Source: an uncultured Hyphomicrobiales bacterium
Lineage (GTDB): Bacteria > Bacteroidota > Ignavibacteria > Kapaibacteriales > UBA2268
Reading direction: 5' to 3'
Assembly (NCBI GenBank): GCA_964581505.1
Contig: CAZOOR010000003.1
Span: 19,659 to 83,658, forward strand
DNA length: 64,000 nucleotides
This document shows, one piece after another, positions 18,854-30,309 of the stretch (the first letter of the stretch is position 1; every line of letters starts with the position of its first letter). The notes under the pieces are model-generated. The model had not been told where the DNA came from. It ran no database searches and saw nothing but the letters and a program-made list of their open reading frames with translations. The position numbers and the translations under genes were made by a program.

Positions 18854-20491
18854 ATGTCTAAAATAGTAGCAGTATATTTATTTCTAATTTTGTCTTCCTT
18901 TGCGGTGGCTCAGGTTGAGTTTATACAAATAGCGCATCCTGTTTATCCGTTTCTAATTAATCAGGAAGCAAAGGGCTTATTGCCGCATTTTTCCACTTCG
19001 CAATTACCATGGCAAAGGAAAGAAGTAATAAATGCTCTGCGAACTATTGCCGAGCATTCGGAACAATTAAACGGCTTCGAGAAAAAGGCTCTTGCTCTTT
19101 TTAATACAGAATTTGAAATTTCCGAACGAAATAATACGGTCGTATTTTATAGCGATAGAGATACGAATCAAATTTTTTTCAAAGGTTTACTCTCCGAAAA
19201 GGATAAATTCTTTTATCATAATAGGAACTCTGCTAATACAGTATCATTTGTACCTCTTGCCGATTTGGAAAATACTTATGTTAATTCCGATACGGCAAGC
19301 GGCAATGCAATATTAGGCAATCTCGGGCTTAGGTTGTATGGTTCGCTTTCGGGACATTTCGGCTATTATTTGCAAATTACTAATGGAACAGTGTTCGCAG
19401 GAGACAAGTGGGCGGCTCTCTATGATAATAAGTTAAAACACAATATAAAATTTGCCGAGCTAAATAGCGATTTTGATTTTACTGAATCGCATATTGCCTA
19501 TTCTTATGATTGGTTCACTGCAACTATTGGCAGACAGACGCGTTACACCGGTTCGGGTATCGTCCAGAGAACATTTATGAATGATGTTTCACCTGCTATG
19601 GACGGGATAACACTTTCCGCCGATTTTTCAGGTTTTAGATATTCATATTCCTTGTTCAGTCTTTTGGCTATTCCCGATTCCACCCAAGCAGATGTAGGTT
19701 TCAAAACATTTATTCCGACAAAATTGAGTTCATTTCATCGTTTCTCATTGCGTCCGAGTTGGGGCGAAGTATCTTTTTGGGAAGGAGTAATATATGCTGA
19801 GCGTGGGTATGATTTATCATATCTCAATCCATTGAGTTTTTATAAATCTTTGGAGCATGCCAATCGCGACCGCGATAATTCACTGATGGGTTTGGATTGG
19901 AAAGTCAGACCTACAGCCGGAATTCAGATTGTCGGCTCATTCTTACTTGATGATATAGTATTCAGTGAACTCGGTACAGGCTATTGGAGTAATAAATTTG
20001 CTTGGAATTTGGGCATAAGCTACTCTTCTTTATTCGGGTTCCTCGGTATGGAATATGCTCGCGTCGAGCCATATACTTTTACTCATTTCAATCCGCAGAA
20101 TTCTTATACTAATGACCGCTCACTTATCGGTTCATACATTTTGCCGAATTCGGATATGTTTTCTCTGGTCTATCGTTTTTATTGGCTTGGTAATAGATAT
20201 CCTTGGTATATTCGCCTCGGTTATGAACGACACGGCGAGAATACTTATGACAAGGATGGGAAATTAGTTTATAATGTTGGCGGCGACCCGCTGCAAACAA
20301 GGAGACCCGAGGATAAAAATAATGTTACATTTCTCGAAGGTAAGCGTATTGATTCGGCAATTCTCGAAATGAACTTTGCCTACGAGATTGTAAGAAATTT
20401 TAATTTGGCATTTTGTATTTTTATCAAGGAACAGGAAAACGGGCATTCCTACAAAAATTTTAGATTAAAATTCAGTTTCAGGGATTTTTAG
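18854..20491 (+). CDS. hypothetical outer-membrane protein, possibly capsule-assembly Wzi-like
   Basis: Signal peptide MSKIVAVYLFLILSSFAVAQ. Aromatic/Gly-rich beta-barrel-like composition. Sits immediately downstream of the export gene. The Wzi assignment is tentative. Confidence 0.45.
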   Translation: MSKIVAVYLFLILSSFAVAQVEFIQIAHPVYPFLINQEAKGLLPHFSTSQLPWQRKEVINALRTIAEHSEQLNGFEKKALALFNTEFEISERNNTVVFYSDRDTNQIFFKGLLSEKDKFFYHNRNSANTVSFVPLADLENTYVNSDTASGNAILGNLGLRLYGSLSGHFGYYLQITNGTVFAGDKWAALYDNKLKHNIKFAELNSDFDFTESHIAYSYDWFTATIGRQTRYTGSGIVQRTFMNDVSPAMDGITLSADFSGFRYSYSLFSLLAIPDSTQADVGFKTFIPTKLSSFHRFSLRPSWGEVSFWEGVIYAERGYDLSYLNPLSFYKSLEHANRDRDNSLMGLDWKVRPTAGIQIVGSFLLDDIVFSELGTGYWSNKFAWNLGISYSSLFGFLGMEYARVEPYTFTHFNPQNSYTNDRSLIGSYILPNSDMFSLVYRFYWLGNRYPWYIRLGYERHGENTYDKDGKLVYNVGGDPLQTRRPEDKNNVTFLEGKRIDSAILEMNFAYEIVRNFNLAFCIFIKEQENGHSYKNFRLKFSFRDF

Positions 20492-20497
20492 GATTAG

Positions 20498-21646
20498 ATG
20501 GATTTTGCAATAATATTAATACTGATTAGTGCCTTTCTATTAATATACGGCTATGTATTATATCCGTTTACTCTTGCCCTTTTGTCGAAAATATTTAATA
20601 ATGAAATCTCAATGGGAGATAGTTCTTCACCCGAAATTACAATTATTATTTCAGCATATAATGAACAAGAATATATTCCCGATGCGATAGAGTCCATATT
20701 TAAAACCGATTATCCTAAATCTAAAATCAATGTATTTGTAGGTTCGGACGGTTCTACTGATGATACTTGCGGAATATTGCAGACACTTTCTGATAGATAT
20801 GATTCATTGCAATTCTTTTGTTTTGATAGGCTCGGGAAGAACGCCGTCATCAATTCATTGCTGGCTAAAATCAAGACAGAATATGTATTTTTTATGGATG
20901 CTGATATTCGATTGCAAAATGGTGTCATTAATAAACTGATTTCTTATTTGTCTAATAGCACGGTCGGGGCTGTCATTGCATCAATGGAATCAATCGGTAA
21001 AGGTGGAGACAGTGCCGGCGGTTTTGGCGAAATTCTTTATCAAAAAATTGAACGAAAATTCCGAATAAACGAAAGTAAGATATATTCAACTGTAAATGCT
21101 CTCGGTGCTTTTTATGGATTGAAAAGCGAATATATTGAACCTCTACCTGATGATTTGGTGGCTGATGATTTCTATCCGCTGCTTACTGTTATGCAGAATA
21201 GGAAACGTGTTCTATTTGTTGATGAGGCGGAAGTCCTTGAAATACGACCGAAATCGACAAGCGACGAAATTAGCCGTAGGGTTAGAGCCTCTGCTTCGGC
21301 GATGACATCATTGAAACACAAATCTATGCTCTTGTTGCCTTCTTATGGCTGGGTTTCGTATTTCTTATTTTGTCATAAAATACTAAGATGGCTAGCACCG
21401 GTTTTTTTATTAGCTATTTTAATCTCTACTTTTTTCATTAATAGTGGAAATTTTTTATTTGTTATTGTAATTATTCAATTATATATTTATCTTGGTGCTT
21501 TGCTTGGGTTTATTCTTGAAAAAAGAAATATGAATATTATATTTCTCAAACTTCCACTGTATGCTCTAACTATGAGTATTGGGTTTGCAGGTGCATTTTA
21601 CAGATTTTTCACAGGTAAGAAAAACTCGAAATGGCAAAGAAATTGA
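20498..21646 (+). CDS. glycosyltransferase family 2, membrane-anchored
   Basis: ITIIISAYNEQEYIPDAIESI...VFVGSDGSTDDT and FMDADIRL (DxD); flanking TM helices. Confidence 0.8.
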   Translation: MDFAIILILISAFLLIYGYVLYPFTLALLSKIFNNEISMGDSSSPEITIIISAYNEQEYIPDAIESIFKTDYPKSKINVFVGSDGSTDDTCGILQTLSDRYDSLQFFCFDRLGKNAVINSLLAKIKTEYVFFMDADIRLQNGVINKLISYLSNSTVGAVIASMESIGKGGDSAGGFGEILYQKIERKFRINESKIYSTVNALGAFYGLKSEYIEPLPDDLVADDFYPLLTVMQNRKRVLFVDEAEVLEIRPKSTSDEISRRVRASASAMTSLKHKSMLLLPSYGWVSYFLFCHKILRWLAPVFLLAILISTFFINSGNFLFVIVIIQLYIYLGALLGFILEKRNMNIIFLKLPLYALTMSIGFAGAFYRFFTGKKNSKWQRN

Positions 21647-21719
21647 TTGTATGTTTTTGCAACAATAGGGCGGATTAGTTATTAACAATAAACAAAATAA
21701 TAAGAATCATCAAAAACGA

Positions 21720-23132
21720 ATGATGAATAAGTTTTTGTCTCCACAGGCAATTCAGCTTTATTTTGATGCACTTTCTATAATTGTGGCATACATCATTTAT
21801 TTTTTGGTTAAATATTATTCGGGTTGGTTCTATAATGTAGTTGAACCCGGATTCTTATTTTTTATCATTCCTTTATTTGTTCTCCTATTCTATTGGATTT
21901 TGCTATTCTGGATTAACGGTTTATATCGTGATTGGTATGTACATTCTCCTTTTAATGAATTTTTTACAATTTTACGGGTTACTTTTTTCGGTAGTTTTAT
22001 ACTATTCTTTCTTGTATTTTTGGATTCGGGCGACCGCCGTCCGCGTTTGATTTTTGTTATATATTTCCTAATTATGGCGGTTGTTCTTGGTTTAGGAAGA
22101 ATCTTTGCACGTCAGCTTCAGAAGAAATTACGAAAAGAAAAGAAATATGTGATTAATGCAATTCTTATAGGTACACGTAATAGTATGAATGAATTTGCTC
22201 GCAAAGTTCAATTGTCGTCTGCTTGGGGATATAATATTTTAGGTGGTATATTACTCAATGACGAAACAAACTCCGATACAAAATCACCCTACAAAGACAT
22301 TGATATTTTGGGCGAACTGAACGATTTGGAAGAGAAGATGAAAACCGAAAAGCCTGATGAAGTTTTAATTACACGAAAGACGCGAAGCAGACGGCAGCTG
22401 ATGAAGATTGTTAATATGTGTATTAATTACGGCGTTAAAGTTAAAATTGTGCCGGATTTATATGATATCTTCACAGGCTCTGTCAGAACATTTACGGTTT
22501 ATGGTATTCCGTTGATTGAAATCCATACCCAACTATTAAAGCCTTGGGAAGAAGCTATTAAGCGTCTTCTTGATATTGTCGTGTCTTTTCTGGTTATTGT
22601 TTTAGGAATACCCGTATGGCTCATTATTGCAATTATTATTAAAATTGATTCTAGAGGACAGGTGTTTTTTTTACAAGAGCGTGTTGGTAAGGACAGGATA
22701 AATTTTACTATGTATAAATTCAGGACAATGGTACAAGACAAGCAAATAAGTGGCGACTTGTGGACATCTGTCAATGACCCGCGTGTAACGAAATTCGGAA
22801 GATTCTTACGCAAATCTCATTTAGATGAAGTCCCTCAATTTCTCAATGTGTTGAAAGGAGAAATGTCAATTGTTGGTCCCCGTCCCGAGCGTCCCGAAAT
22901 TGTTGATAAATATGCGAAAATTGTTCCATACTATGTCAGAAGGCTTGCATTAAGACCTGGTATTACGGGTTGGTGGCAAGTTAAATATACTGCATATATC
23001 GAAAGTGTGGAAGAAATTGAAGGAAGATTAAAAGATGATTTCTATTATATTGAGAATATGTCTTTGAAACTTGATTTGGAAATTATGGTTAGAACTGTCT
23101 TTTTAATGATTAAAGGTCATGGTCAAACATAA
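21720..23132 (+). CDS. undecaprenyl-phosphate sugar phosphotransferase (WbaP/EpsL-type bacterial sugar transferase), priming enzyme
   Basis: Complete catalytic block: FFLQERVGKDRINFTMYKFRTM, RFLRKSHLDEVPQFLNVLKGEMSIVGPRPE, RPGITGWWQV, DFYYIENMSLKLDLEI. Confidence 0.85.
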   Translation: MMNKFLSPQAIQLYFDALSIIVAYIIYFLVKYYSGWFYNVVEPGFLFFIIPLFVLLFYWILLFWINGLYRDWYVHSPFNEFFTILRVTFFGSFILFFLVFLDSGDRRPRLIFVIYFLIMAVVLGLGRIFARQLQKKLRKEKKYVINAILIGTRNSMNEFARKVQLSSAWGYNILGGILLNDETNSDTKSPYKDIDILGELNDLEEKMKTEKPDEVLITRKTRSRRQLMKIVNMCINYGVKVKIVPDLYDIFTGSVRTFTVYGIPLIEIHTQLLKPWEEAIKRLLDIVVSFLVIVLGIPVWLIIAIIIKIDSRGQVFFLQERVGKDRINFTMYKFRTMVQDKQISGDLWTSVNDPRVTKFGRFLRKSHLDEVPQFLNVLKGEMSIVGPRPERPEIVDKYAKIVPYYVRRLALRPGITGWWQVKYTAYIESVEEIEGRLKDDFYYIENMSLKLDLEIMVRTVFLMIKGHGQT

Positions 23133-23155
23133 ATATTTTTGTTCATTTATTATTA

Positions 23156-23881
23156 TTGCTTATGAAAACAATAGTAGTCATTCCGACTTATAACGAAATT
23201 GAGAATATCGAAAAATTGATTAATACAATTTTTTCGATAATGCCCGAAACCGATTTATTGATTGTTGATGATAATTCGCCGGACGGTACTTATAAAAAAG
23301 TTGAGGAAATGAAGCAAAATGATAATCGTATCCATCTGATTGTTCGTCCTGAAAAAAATGGTCTCGGCACTGCTTACATTGCCGGCTTTAAATATGCACT
23401 TGAGCGTGATTATGATGCCATTTTTGAAATGGATGCAGATTTTTCGCACGACCCGAAGGACTTGCCTAGATTATTGAAAGAGCTTGATAATTATGACTTG
23501 GTTATAGGTTCAAGATATGTTACGGGTGTCAATGTTGTCAATTGGCCCCTTCGGCGTCTGTTTTTAAGCTATGGTGCTAATCTCTATACGCGTGTATTGA
23601 CAGGCTTACCTATTAAAGATGCAACAGGTGGTTTTAAATGTTTCAGGGCTGATGCACTGCGAAAGATAGTATTGGACAAGGTGAAAACCAATGGCTATGG
23701 TTTTCAGATTGAAATGAATTACTTGCTTTGGAAAAGCGGTGCGAAAATCAAGGAAATTCCAATTATTTTCATTGACAGGCGAAGCGGTGTTTCCAAAATG
23801 AACAAAAAAATTATTTACGAAGCTATTTTTCTCGTTTGGAAATTGAAATTTATGGCTCATAAAAAGTTTTTGAAACAATAA
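23156..23881 (+). CDS. GT2 polyprenol-phosphate mannosyl/glycosyltransferase (DPM1-like)
   Basis: TIVVIPTYNEIENIEKLI...LLIVDDNSPDGT...EMDADFSHDPKDL; 241 aa. Confidence 0.85.
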   Translation: MLMKTIVVIPTYNEIENIEKLINTIFSIMPETDLLIVDDNSPDGTYKKVEEMKQNDNRIHLIVRPEKNGLGTAYIAGFKYALERDYDAIFEMDADFSHDPKDLPRLLKELDNYDLVIGSRYVTGVNVVNWPLRRLFLSYGANLYTRVLTGLPIKDATGGFKCFRADALRKIVLDKVKTNGYGFQIEMNYLLWKSGAKIKEIPIIFIDRRSGVSKMNKKIIYEAIFLVWKLKFMAHKKFLKQ

Positions 23882-23895
23882 GATGAGTATTCTTT

Positions 23896-25854
23896 GTGAA
23901 TAATGCGAATATTAACATATCGATTGTGATTGTTAATTATAATTCAATGGATTATCTTTCCCATTGCATTAGTTCAATTGAAAAATCTTCCGGCAATCTG
24001 GCTGTTGAAATTATTGTCGTTGATAATAATTCGACCGAAGGACAACCTACGGAGTTGCAAAATCAGTTTCCTGATGTTCGCTTCATTCAATTGGAGGAAA
24101 ATCTCGGTTTCGGAAGAGCTAACAATATTGGAGTTGAGCATTCTTCCGGCAAATATATTCTAATTTTAAATCCCGATACAGTTGTCGAGGAAAATACTTT
24201 GCAGATTATGTATGAATTTATGGAAAACCATAAAGAAGTAGGTGCCGCAGGTTGTAAAGTATTGAATTCGGACGGTACATTTCAGTTGGCTTGTCGCCGT
24301 GGTTTCCCGACACCTTGGGTCTCTTTTACAAAACTTTTCGGCTTGCAAAGCCTTTTCCCTAAGGTCAAACTATTTGCCGGATATAATCAAACCTATAAAC
24401 CCATAAATAAGACCTATGAAGTTGATTCTATCATCGGTGCATTTATGTTCATTCGCCGTTCTTCTTGGGATAAAGTCAATGGATTTGACGAGGCATTTTT
24501 TATGTATGGGGAAGATATTGACCTATGCTATCGAATAAAGAAAAGCGGCGCAAAAATTATGTACGTGCATACAAGCTCTATTATCCATTATAAGGGTATT
24601 AGCACCAAACGCAGTGCAATTAATGTCTTGCAGCATTTCTATGATGCTATGACAATATTTAGCAGAAAGCATTTTGCATATTCGGGTATATTCTTGTTTT
24701 TCCTTCGTATCGGTATCGGCTTTCGCAAGTTTCTCGCTATGCTCAGTAGGCACAAAAGGAGCATTTTTATTTTTATATTAGATTTGCTTGCAATCAATTT
24801 GTCATTACTATTAGCTACAAAAATTCGTTTCGGCGGATTCTTTAATTTCCCGGATTATGCTTATCCTACCGTTTTTGTTGTAATATCGGTAGTCCTGACT
24901 GCCGCAATGATTTCTGTAGGGGAATATTTTGAAGAGCGCAACACACCGCGTAGGGCTGTACTTGCTCTTTTGTTTTCATTTTTCTTTCTTTCCTCATTGA
25001 CTTATTTCTTCAAAGAGTACGCATTCAGTCGCGGTGTTGTACTGATGACTATTGGATTTGCAATTATCCTATCGGCACTAATTAGGGTATTGTTTATCTT
25101 TTATGACAATATCAGCGGTAAGAATTCGGAAAAACGTATTGCTATTATAGGTACCGATAATGATGCACAAAAACTTTACAATGCTTTTGCAGAGTCGGAT
25201 TTTATTGGCTCTAACGTTATTGGATTTATTGCGGTCAATCAGTCGGAGGCAAACAAAGAACTTAGTAAGATGCTACTCGGCAACTATCAGTATCTACATA
25301 ATATTATAGCAGAGAATAACATAAACGAGATAATCATTACAGATAAGACTCTCCCTGCTTCTACATTTATTTCATTGATTGAAAAGAATTCATCGAGCAA
25401 AGTAAGATTTCATATTGCCAGCAAAATTGATGAATTTATCTCCTCAAAGATTATAAATGACATTGCCGGAAAAGAGCCGGATATACCCGCTCTGAAAATT
25501 TTTATGTTCAAAAATAGACTTTTGAAGCGTTCTTTTGATATTCTTGTTTCAATATTTCTTTTATCATTAGGAATTCCCTTTGTATATTTGTTTTCCGAGA
25601 AACCTAAGAATAGAATAAAAGAACTGTATTCTGTCTTACTCGGTAAATTAACAATAGTCGGTATAGTACCTTCGGAAAAGGATACTATTGATTATAAACG
25701 TGGAATTACCGGAATGGCGGCTATTAGTTCGCCCGAGAAATTATCGGATATTACGATAGCAAAATTGAATGAGTATTATATCAATAATTATTCTTTTTTG
25801 CTTGATATTGAATTAATTTTAAAACATTTGATTAGGAAAAAAAGTGGCAGGTAA
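23896..25854 (+). CDS. fusion protein: N-terminal GT2 glycosyltransferase, then TM segments, then Rossmann-like region and a degenerate phosphoglycosyltransferase-like C-terminal domain
   Basis: N-terminus [14 protein letters not shown]...[11 protein letters not shown]...LNPDT (GT2). C-terminus [23 protein letters not shown]...[10 protein letters not shown]...[10 protein letters not shown]...[17 protein letters not shown] parallels the sugar-transferase motifs but lacks the KFRTM / GPRPE catalytic residues. Confidence 0.7.
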   Translation: MNNANINISIVIVNYNSMDYLSHCISSIEKSSGNLAVEIIVVDNNSTEGQPTELQNQFPDVRFIQLEENLGFGRANNIGVEHSSGKYILILNPDTVVEENTLQIMYEFMENHKEVGAAGCKVLNSDGTFQLACRRGFPTPWVSFTKLFGLQSLFPKVKLFAGYNQTYKPINKTYEVDSIIGAFMFIRRSSWDKVNGFDEAFFMYGEDIDLCYRIKKSGAKIMYVHTSSIIHYKGISTKRSAINVLQHFYDAMTIFSRKHFAYSGIFLFFLRIGIGFRKFLAMLSRHKRSIFIFILDLLAINLSLLLATKIRFGGFFNFPDYAYPTVFVVISVVLTAAMISVGEYFEERNTPRRAVLALLFSFFFLSSLTYFFKEYAFSRGVVLMTIGFAIILSALIRVLFIFYDNISGKNSEKRIAIIGTDNDAQKLYNAFAESDFIGSNVIGFIAVNQSEANKELSKMLLGNYQYLHNIIAENNINEIIITDKTLPASTFISLIEKNSSSKVRFHIASKIDEFISSKIINDIAGKEPDIPALKIFMFKNRLLKRSFDILVSIFLLSLGIPFVYLFSEKPKNRIKELYSVLLGKLTIVGIVPSEKDTIDYKRGITGMAAISSPEKLSDITIAKLNEYYINNYSFLLDIELILKHLIRKKSGR

Positions 25855-26800
25855 ATTTATTCTGGAATTTGAAAAGCCAATTATTGAATTAGAAGAAAAA
25901 ATCGCCGAAATGAAAAATCTGTCCGGCGAGGTTGATATTTCCGAAGAAATCAGTTATTTGGAAGAAAAAGTCGAGGAATTGCGACTTCATATTTATAAAA
26001 ATCTAACGCGTTGGCAGAGGGTGCAATTGGCAAGACACCCCGAAAGACCATTAACTTTGGATTATATTCAGCATTGTTTTGATAATTTTATCGAATTGCA
26101 TGGCGATAGAAAGTTCAAAGATGACCATGCTATTGTCAGTGGTTTGGCTACTATTGATGATTATGAGGTTCTAATTGTAGGACATCAAAAAGGGCGCGAT
26201 ACAAAATCAAATTTATTCAGAAACTTTGGTATGCCAAATCCCGAAGGGTATCGAAAAGCTCATCGTTTATTCGAGCTTGCCGAAAAATTCGGACGTCCGA
26301 TAATTACTTTTTTGGATACTCCCGGTGCTTACCCGGGATTAGAGGCTGAGGAACGTGGGCAGGCGGAAGCTATTGCAAGCAATTTATTACAGATGGCGGC
26401 GTTGAAAGTACCTATCATTGTGATTGTTATTGGTGAAGGTGCTTCCGGTGGCGCTATTGGTCTGGGAGTCGGGGATAGAGTTTTAATGTTGGAAAATTCT
26501 TGGTATTCCGTTATTTCACCCGAATCTTGTTCAAGTATTCTTTGGCGTAGCTGGGATTATAAAGAACAAGCCGCTGAAGCATTACAATTAACTGCTGAGG
26601 ATTTGAAGAAACATAGTATTATTGATTTGATTGTCAAAGAACCTGTTGGCGGAGCGCACAGGGACCCTGAGACAATTTTCACTACAATGAAAGATGTCAT
26701 ACTCAATGAATTATCTGCACTAACTAAAATCGAACCGGAGCAATTGGTGAAAGCAAGAAGAGAGAAATTTTATAAGATGGGCGTTTGGGAAGAGAAATAG
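25844..26800 (+). CDS. accA: acetyl-CoA carboxylase carboxyltransferase subunit alpha
   Basis: [26 protein letters not shown]...[46 protein letters not shown]; 318 aa. Start overlaps the upstream gene by 11 nt. Confidence 0.9.
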   Translation: MAGKFILEFEKPIIELEEKIAEMKNLSGEVDISEEISYLEEKVEELRLHIYKNLTRWQRVQLARHPERPLTLDYIQHCFDNFIELHGDRKFKDDHAIVSGLATIDDYEVLIVGHQKGRDTKSNLFRNFGMPNPEGYRKAHRLFELAEKFGRPIITFLDTPGAYPGLEAEERGQAEAIASNLLQMAALKVPIIVIVIGEGASGGAIGLGVGDRVLMLENSWYSVISPESCSSILWRSWDYKEQAAEALQLTAEDLKKHSIIDLIVKEPVGGAHRDPETIFTTMKDVILNELSALTKIEPEQLVKARREKFYKMGVWEEK

Positions 26801-26832
26801 ATATATTGTTGGAATATATAATAGTTATGTAG

Positions 26833-27984
26833 ATGAAAATTGCTTGGGTGATGACAGATTTCGACCCTTCTAATCCTAACAAACACCCTTTTGGTATAGG
26901 TTGGTTTATTGTTGATTATTTAAGAAAAGCTGGACATACTGTTGATGTTCTCGGCGGATTTAGCAATCCTATTTCTCTTATATATAAAGCCAAGAAATTA
27001 TTCTATAAATTAATAAGTTCTAAAACCTATTTATTACATCGCGAACCTGCTATTCATCAAGCATTTGCAAAGCGATTAAATGGCGAATTAGCAACAAGTA
27101 AATATGATTTTATCTTGAGTTTCGGTTCGCTTCCTATCGCATTGATTGACACGGATATACCCATATTTTTTTGGGCTGATGCTACTTTTGAAGGCTTGGT
27201 TAATTACTATCCCGAGTATTCAAATATTTCGGAGCATTCTCATAAAAAAGGTCATTATCTCGAACAAATGGCATTGGATAATTGCGAACTCGCTTTCTTT
27301 TCTTCCGAATGGGCAGTTGATACGGCAAAAAAGTATTATAATGTGTACGAATCAAAATTATTTTTTATTCCGTATGGTGCTAACTTTATTGAATATAAAG
27401 ATATTAATGTCGTTCAGTTAATAAATGATAAATCCTTTGATACGATAAATTTCCTATTCAATGGAAGAGACTGGCAAAGAAAAAACGGCGATTCAGTAAT
27501 TGAGGTCGTAAGATTATTAAATTCCAAAGGATTAAAAGCAAGACTTAACATCATTGGGATAGATAATATCCCAAATATTGATGATGATTTTGTCGTTTTT
27601 CACGGTTTTATTAATAAAGCTGATGAAGCAGGTAGGCGGAAAATGCTTGAAATATATATGGAGAATCATTTTCTCATACATATACCTCATCAGGATTGTA
27701 CGCCGCATGCCCTCAACGAAGCAAATGCTTATGGATTACCCTGTATTGTCTCGGATACAGGAGGGATTTCGTCTGTGGTCAAGCAAAATGTAAACGGTTT
27801 AATTTTTAGTGTTCCTTTAAATCTTGAACTTATTGCTGACGAAATACTAAAAATTGCTAATAACAAAGTGCAATATAAGGAATTAGCAAAGTCATCTTAT
27901 AAAGAATATAAGAATAATTTGAACTGGGAAGTTAATATTAAGAGATTACTTGAAGTTATTGAAAATAAAATAAATAAGAATTAA
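26833..27984 (+). CDS. glycosyltransferase family 4
   Basis: C-terminal GT-B donor-binding region with E..E motif: HALNEANAYGLPCIVSDTGGISSVVKQNVNGLIF. Confidence 0.75.
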   Translation: MKIAWVMTDFDPSNPNKHPFGIGWFIVDYLRKAGHTVDVLGGFSNPISLIYKAKKLFYKLISSKTYLLHREPAIHQAFAKRLNGELATSKYDFILSFGSLPIALIDTDIPIFFWADATFEGLVNYYPEYSNISEHSHKKGHYLEQMALDNCELAFFSSEWAVDTAKKYYNVYESKLFFIPYGANFIEYKDINVVQLINDKSFDTINFLFNGRDWQRKNGDSVIEVVRLLNSKGLKARLNIIGIDNIPNIDDDFVVFHGFINKADEAGRRKMLEIYMENHFLIHIPHQDCTPHALNEANAYGLPCIVSDTGGISSVVKQNVNGLIFSVPLNLELIADEILKIANNKVQYKELAKSSYKEYKNNLNWEVNIKRLLEVIENKINKN

Positions 27985-27997
27985 ATATTAGGCATTT

Positions 27998-28669
27998 ATG
28001 AGCTTTGATTTGAGCGGTGGTATCGGACAATTATTTGATATTATTCTCCATATTGATAAATATTTAGGGGAAATAATTCGTGAATACGGAACATGGACTT
28101 ATGGAATATTGTTCTTAGTAATATTTATGGAAACGGGGTTTGTTGTAACACCGTTTTTGCCGGGTGATTCCTTACTTTTTGCCGCAGGTTCTTTTGCCGG
28201 TCTTGGTGTATTGAGTCCGCATTTGTTATTCCTTTTATTATGGTTTGCCGCTGTTGCAGGGGACAATATGAATTATTGGATTGGTCATAAGCTTGGTGAG
28301 AGTGTTTTTCATAAGGAATCAAAATTTTTAAAAAAGGAATATTTGGATAAAACGCATGCTTTCTACGAAAAGCATGGCGGTAAAACTGTTATTCTTGCCC
28401 GTTTCGTTCCAATTATCAGAACATTTATGCCTTTCGTTGCCGGAATTGGTGCTATGAATTATATTAGATTTTTAACTTATGATATTATCGGTGGTGCTTT
28501 GTGGGTAGGTATTTTTGTTTATGCAGGCTATTTCTTTGGTGGTTTGCCGGTAGTCAAAAATAATTTTTCTATTGCCATTATCGTCATTATATTGATTTCC
28601 GTTGTGCCGATAATTGTAGAATTTATTAAGCATAAATTGAAAAAGAAAAGCAAATCGAATAATTCCTGA
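27998..28669 (+). CDS. DedA family membrane protein (VTT/SNARE-associated domain)
   Basis: LFLVIFMETGFVVTPFLPGDSLLFAAGSFAG and multiple TM helices. Confidence 0.85.
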   Translation: MSFDLSGGIGQLFDIILHIDKYLGEIIREYGTWTYGILFLVIFMETGFVVTPFLPGDSLLFAAGSFAGLGVLSPHLLFLLLWFAAVAGDNMNYWIGHKLGESVFHKESKFLKKEYLDKTHAFYEKHGGKTVILARFVPIIRTFMPFVAGIGAMNYIRFLTYDIIGGALWVGIFVYAGYFFGGLPVVKNNFSIAIIVIILISVVPIIVEFIKHKLKKKSKSNNS

Positions 28670-28670
28670 T

Positions 28671-29834
28671 ATGAAAAGAATACTATATATTTGGAAAGAC
28701 AAATATCCCTGGGATATTAGGGTCGAAAAATTCTGTAAATCATTTATTGATAACGGATATGAAGTATTATTACTGTGCAGATGGAAGGGCGAAGTACAGG
28801 AAGAAGAAATCGTTGATGGAATTAGTGTAAAAAGAGTAGGTTTCGGAAAATCCGCTCTATTGACACAACCATTATCGCTTAATCCTGTTTGGCGGAATAG
28901 TATCAAAGCAATAATCAATGAGTTTAAACCCGGTCTAATTATTACACGCGAATTTTTCTTGACTGAAGCGGCGAAAAAATATGCTTTACCTATGAAAATT
29001 CCGGTTATTTTTGATATGGCAGAGCATTATCCCGCCGCTATGAAAGGCTGGGATAAATACTCAAAAAATATTATTAAACGATTTTTTGTACACTCTATCA
29101 AATTACCCGAGAAGTTGGAAAAAAAGGCTATTAATTCTTCGGATGGAATTATTGTTGTAAGTAAAGAATTAAAAGAACGTTTATTGAATGAATTCACCTA
29201 TCCAAAAGAACAAATTGTAGAAGTTCTGAACACTCCATCTATATCTGAATACAGTAGCATTACAAATCATATCTTGAGCAAGCCTATGCGTTTTGCTTAT
29301 CACGGGCATTTCTCAAATGACAGGAATCTTGATGTATTAGCTAAAGCCTTTGTCAATGCTCTAAAAATTAATAATGAAATTTCACTTTTTATGGCAGGTA
29401 CAGGGGAGTCTTTCGAGCAAGTTAAAGATATTGTTGAAAGTGCAAATGCTACGAAATCAATTATACTTTATGGCGCTTATAAACAACAGGAAATGGTTAG
29501 ATTTTTATCTGAAACCGATGTTGGGATTCTTCCCTATAAAGATAATACATTTATTAATCATATTATTTCCAATAAACTTTTTGATTATATGGCAAGCGGA
29601 ATACCTGTAATCGTATCGCAGGCAAGACCTATGCGGCGGATAATTAATGATACAAAGAGTGGTTTAGTTGTTGACTGCAATGATGTTGATATTCTTACAG
29701 ACGCAATTCTTAAAATAGCAGGTATGGATTCGACGGAATTATCTAAAAATGCCTTAAAAGCCGCAGAAGTTTATAATTGGGAAAATGATTCAAAAAAATT
29801 AATCTCATTTATTGAGAGATTTATTGATGATTAA
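28671..29834 (+). CDS. glycosyltransferase family 4
   Basis: GT-B C-terminal domain: ISLFMAGTGESFEQVKDI...KLFDYMASGIPVIVSQARPMRRIINDTKSGLVV. Confidence 0.75.
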   Translation: MKRILYIWKDKYPWDIRVEKFCKSFIDNGYEVLLLCRWKGEVQEEEIVDGISVKRVGFGKSALLTQPLSLNPVWRNSIKAIINEFKPGLIITREFFLTEAAKKYALPMKIPVIFDMAEHYPAAMKGWDKYSKNIIKRFFVHSIKLPEKLEKKAINSSDGIIVVSKELKERLLNEFTYPKEQIVEVLNTPSISEYSSITNHILSKPMRFAYHGHFSNDRNLDVLAKAFVNALKINNEISLFMAGTGESFEQVKDIVESANATKSIILYGAYKQQEMVRFLSETDVGILPYKDNTFINHIISNKLFDYMASGIPVIVSQARPMRRIINDTKSGLVVDCNDVDILTDAILKIAGMDSTELSKNALKAAEVYNWENDSKKLISFIERFIDD

Positions 29835-30309
29835 TTTTCTTGTAAATACAATACAAATGCACATTGCCGCTTATGATAAGACGGTAGGCGAGTATAAATT
29901 TCTTTTACTCAAAAGGGCGGCAAATATTGATGTATATCCCAATATTTGGCAGGTTGTTACCGGCAGAATAGAAAATGACGAAACCGCCGTACAAGCGGCA
30001 ATTCGCGAATTATACGAAGAAACAGGATTATATATTTCAGATATTTGGACATTGCCTTATGTCGCTGATTTTTTTAATCCATATACTAATTCCTTATCAT
30101 CTGCCCCTGTCTTCGCCTGTTTGGTTGATTACGAAACAGAGGTCAAACTGTCTGATGAACATAATGATTTTGTTTGGTTATCTTTACAAGATGCAATGGA
30201 AAAACTCGTTTTACCTGCACATAAGCAAGGAACAAAAATATTTTATGATTTCGTATTATCAAATGATGATAAATCATTATTCCGCTACAATAGGGAAGAT
30301 GCTGAATGA
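29812..30309 (+). CDS. NUDIX hydrolase
   Basis: Nudix box GRIENDETAVQAAIRELYEETGL. Confidence 0.8.
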   Translation: MRDLLMINFLVNTIQMHIAAYDKTVGEYKFLLLKRAANIDVYPNIWQVVTGRIENDETAVQAAIRELYEETGLYISDIWTLPYVADFFNPYTNSLSSAPVFACLVDYETEVKLSDEHNDFVWLSLQDAMEKLVLPAHKQGTKIFYDFVLSNDDKSLFRYNREDAE

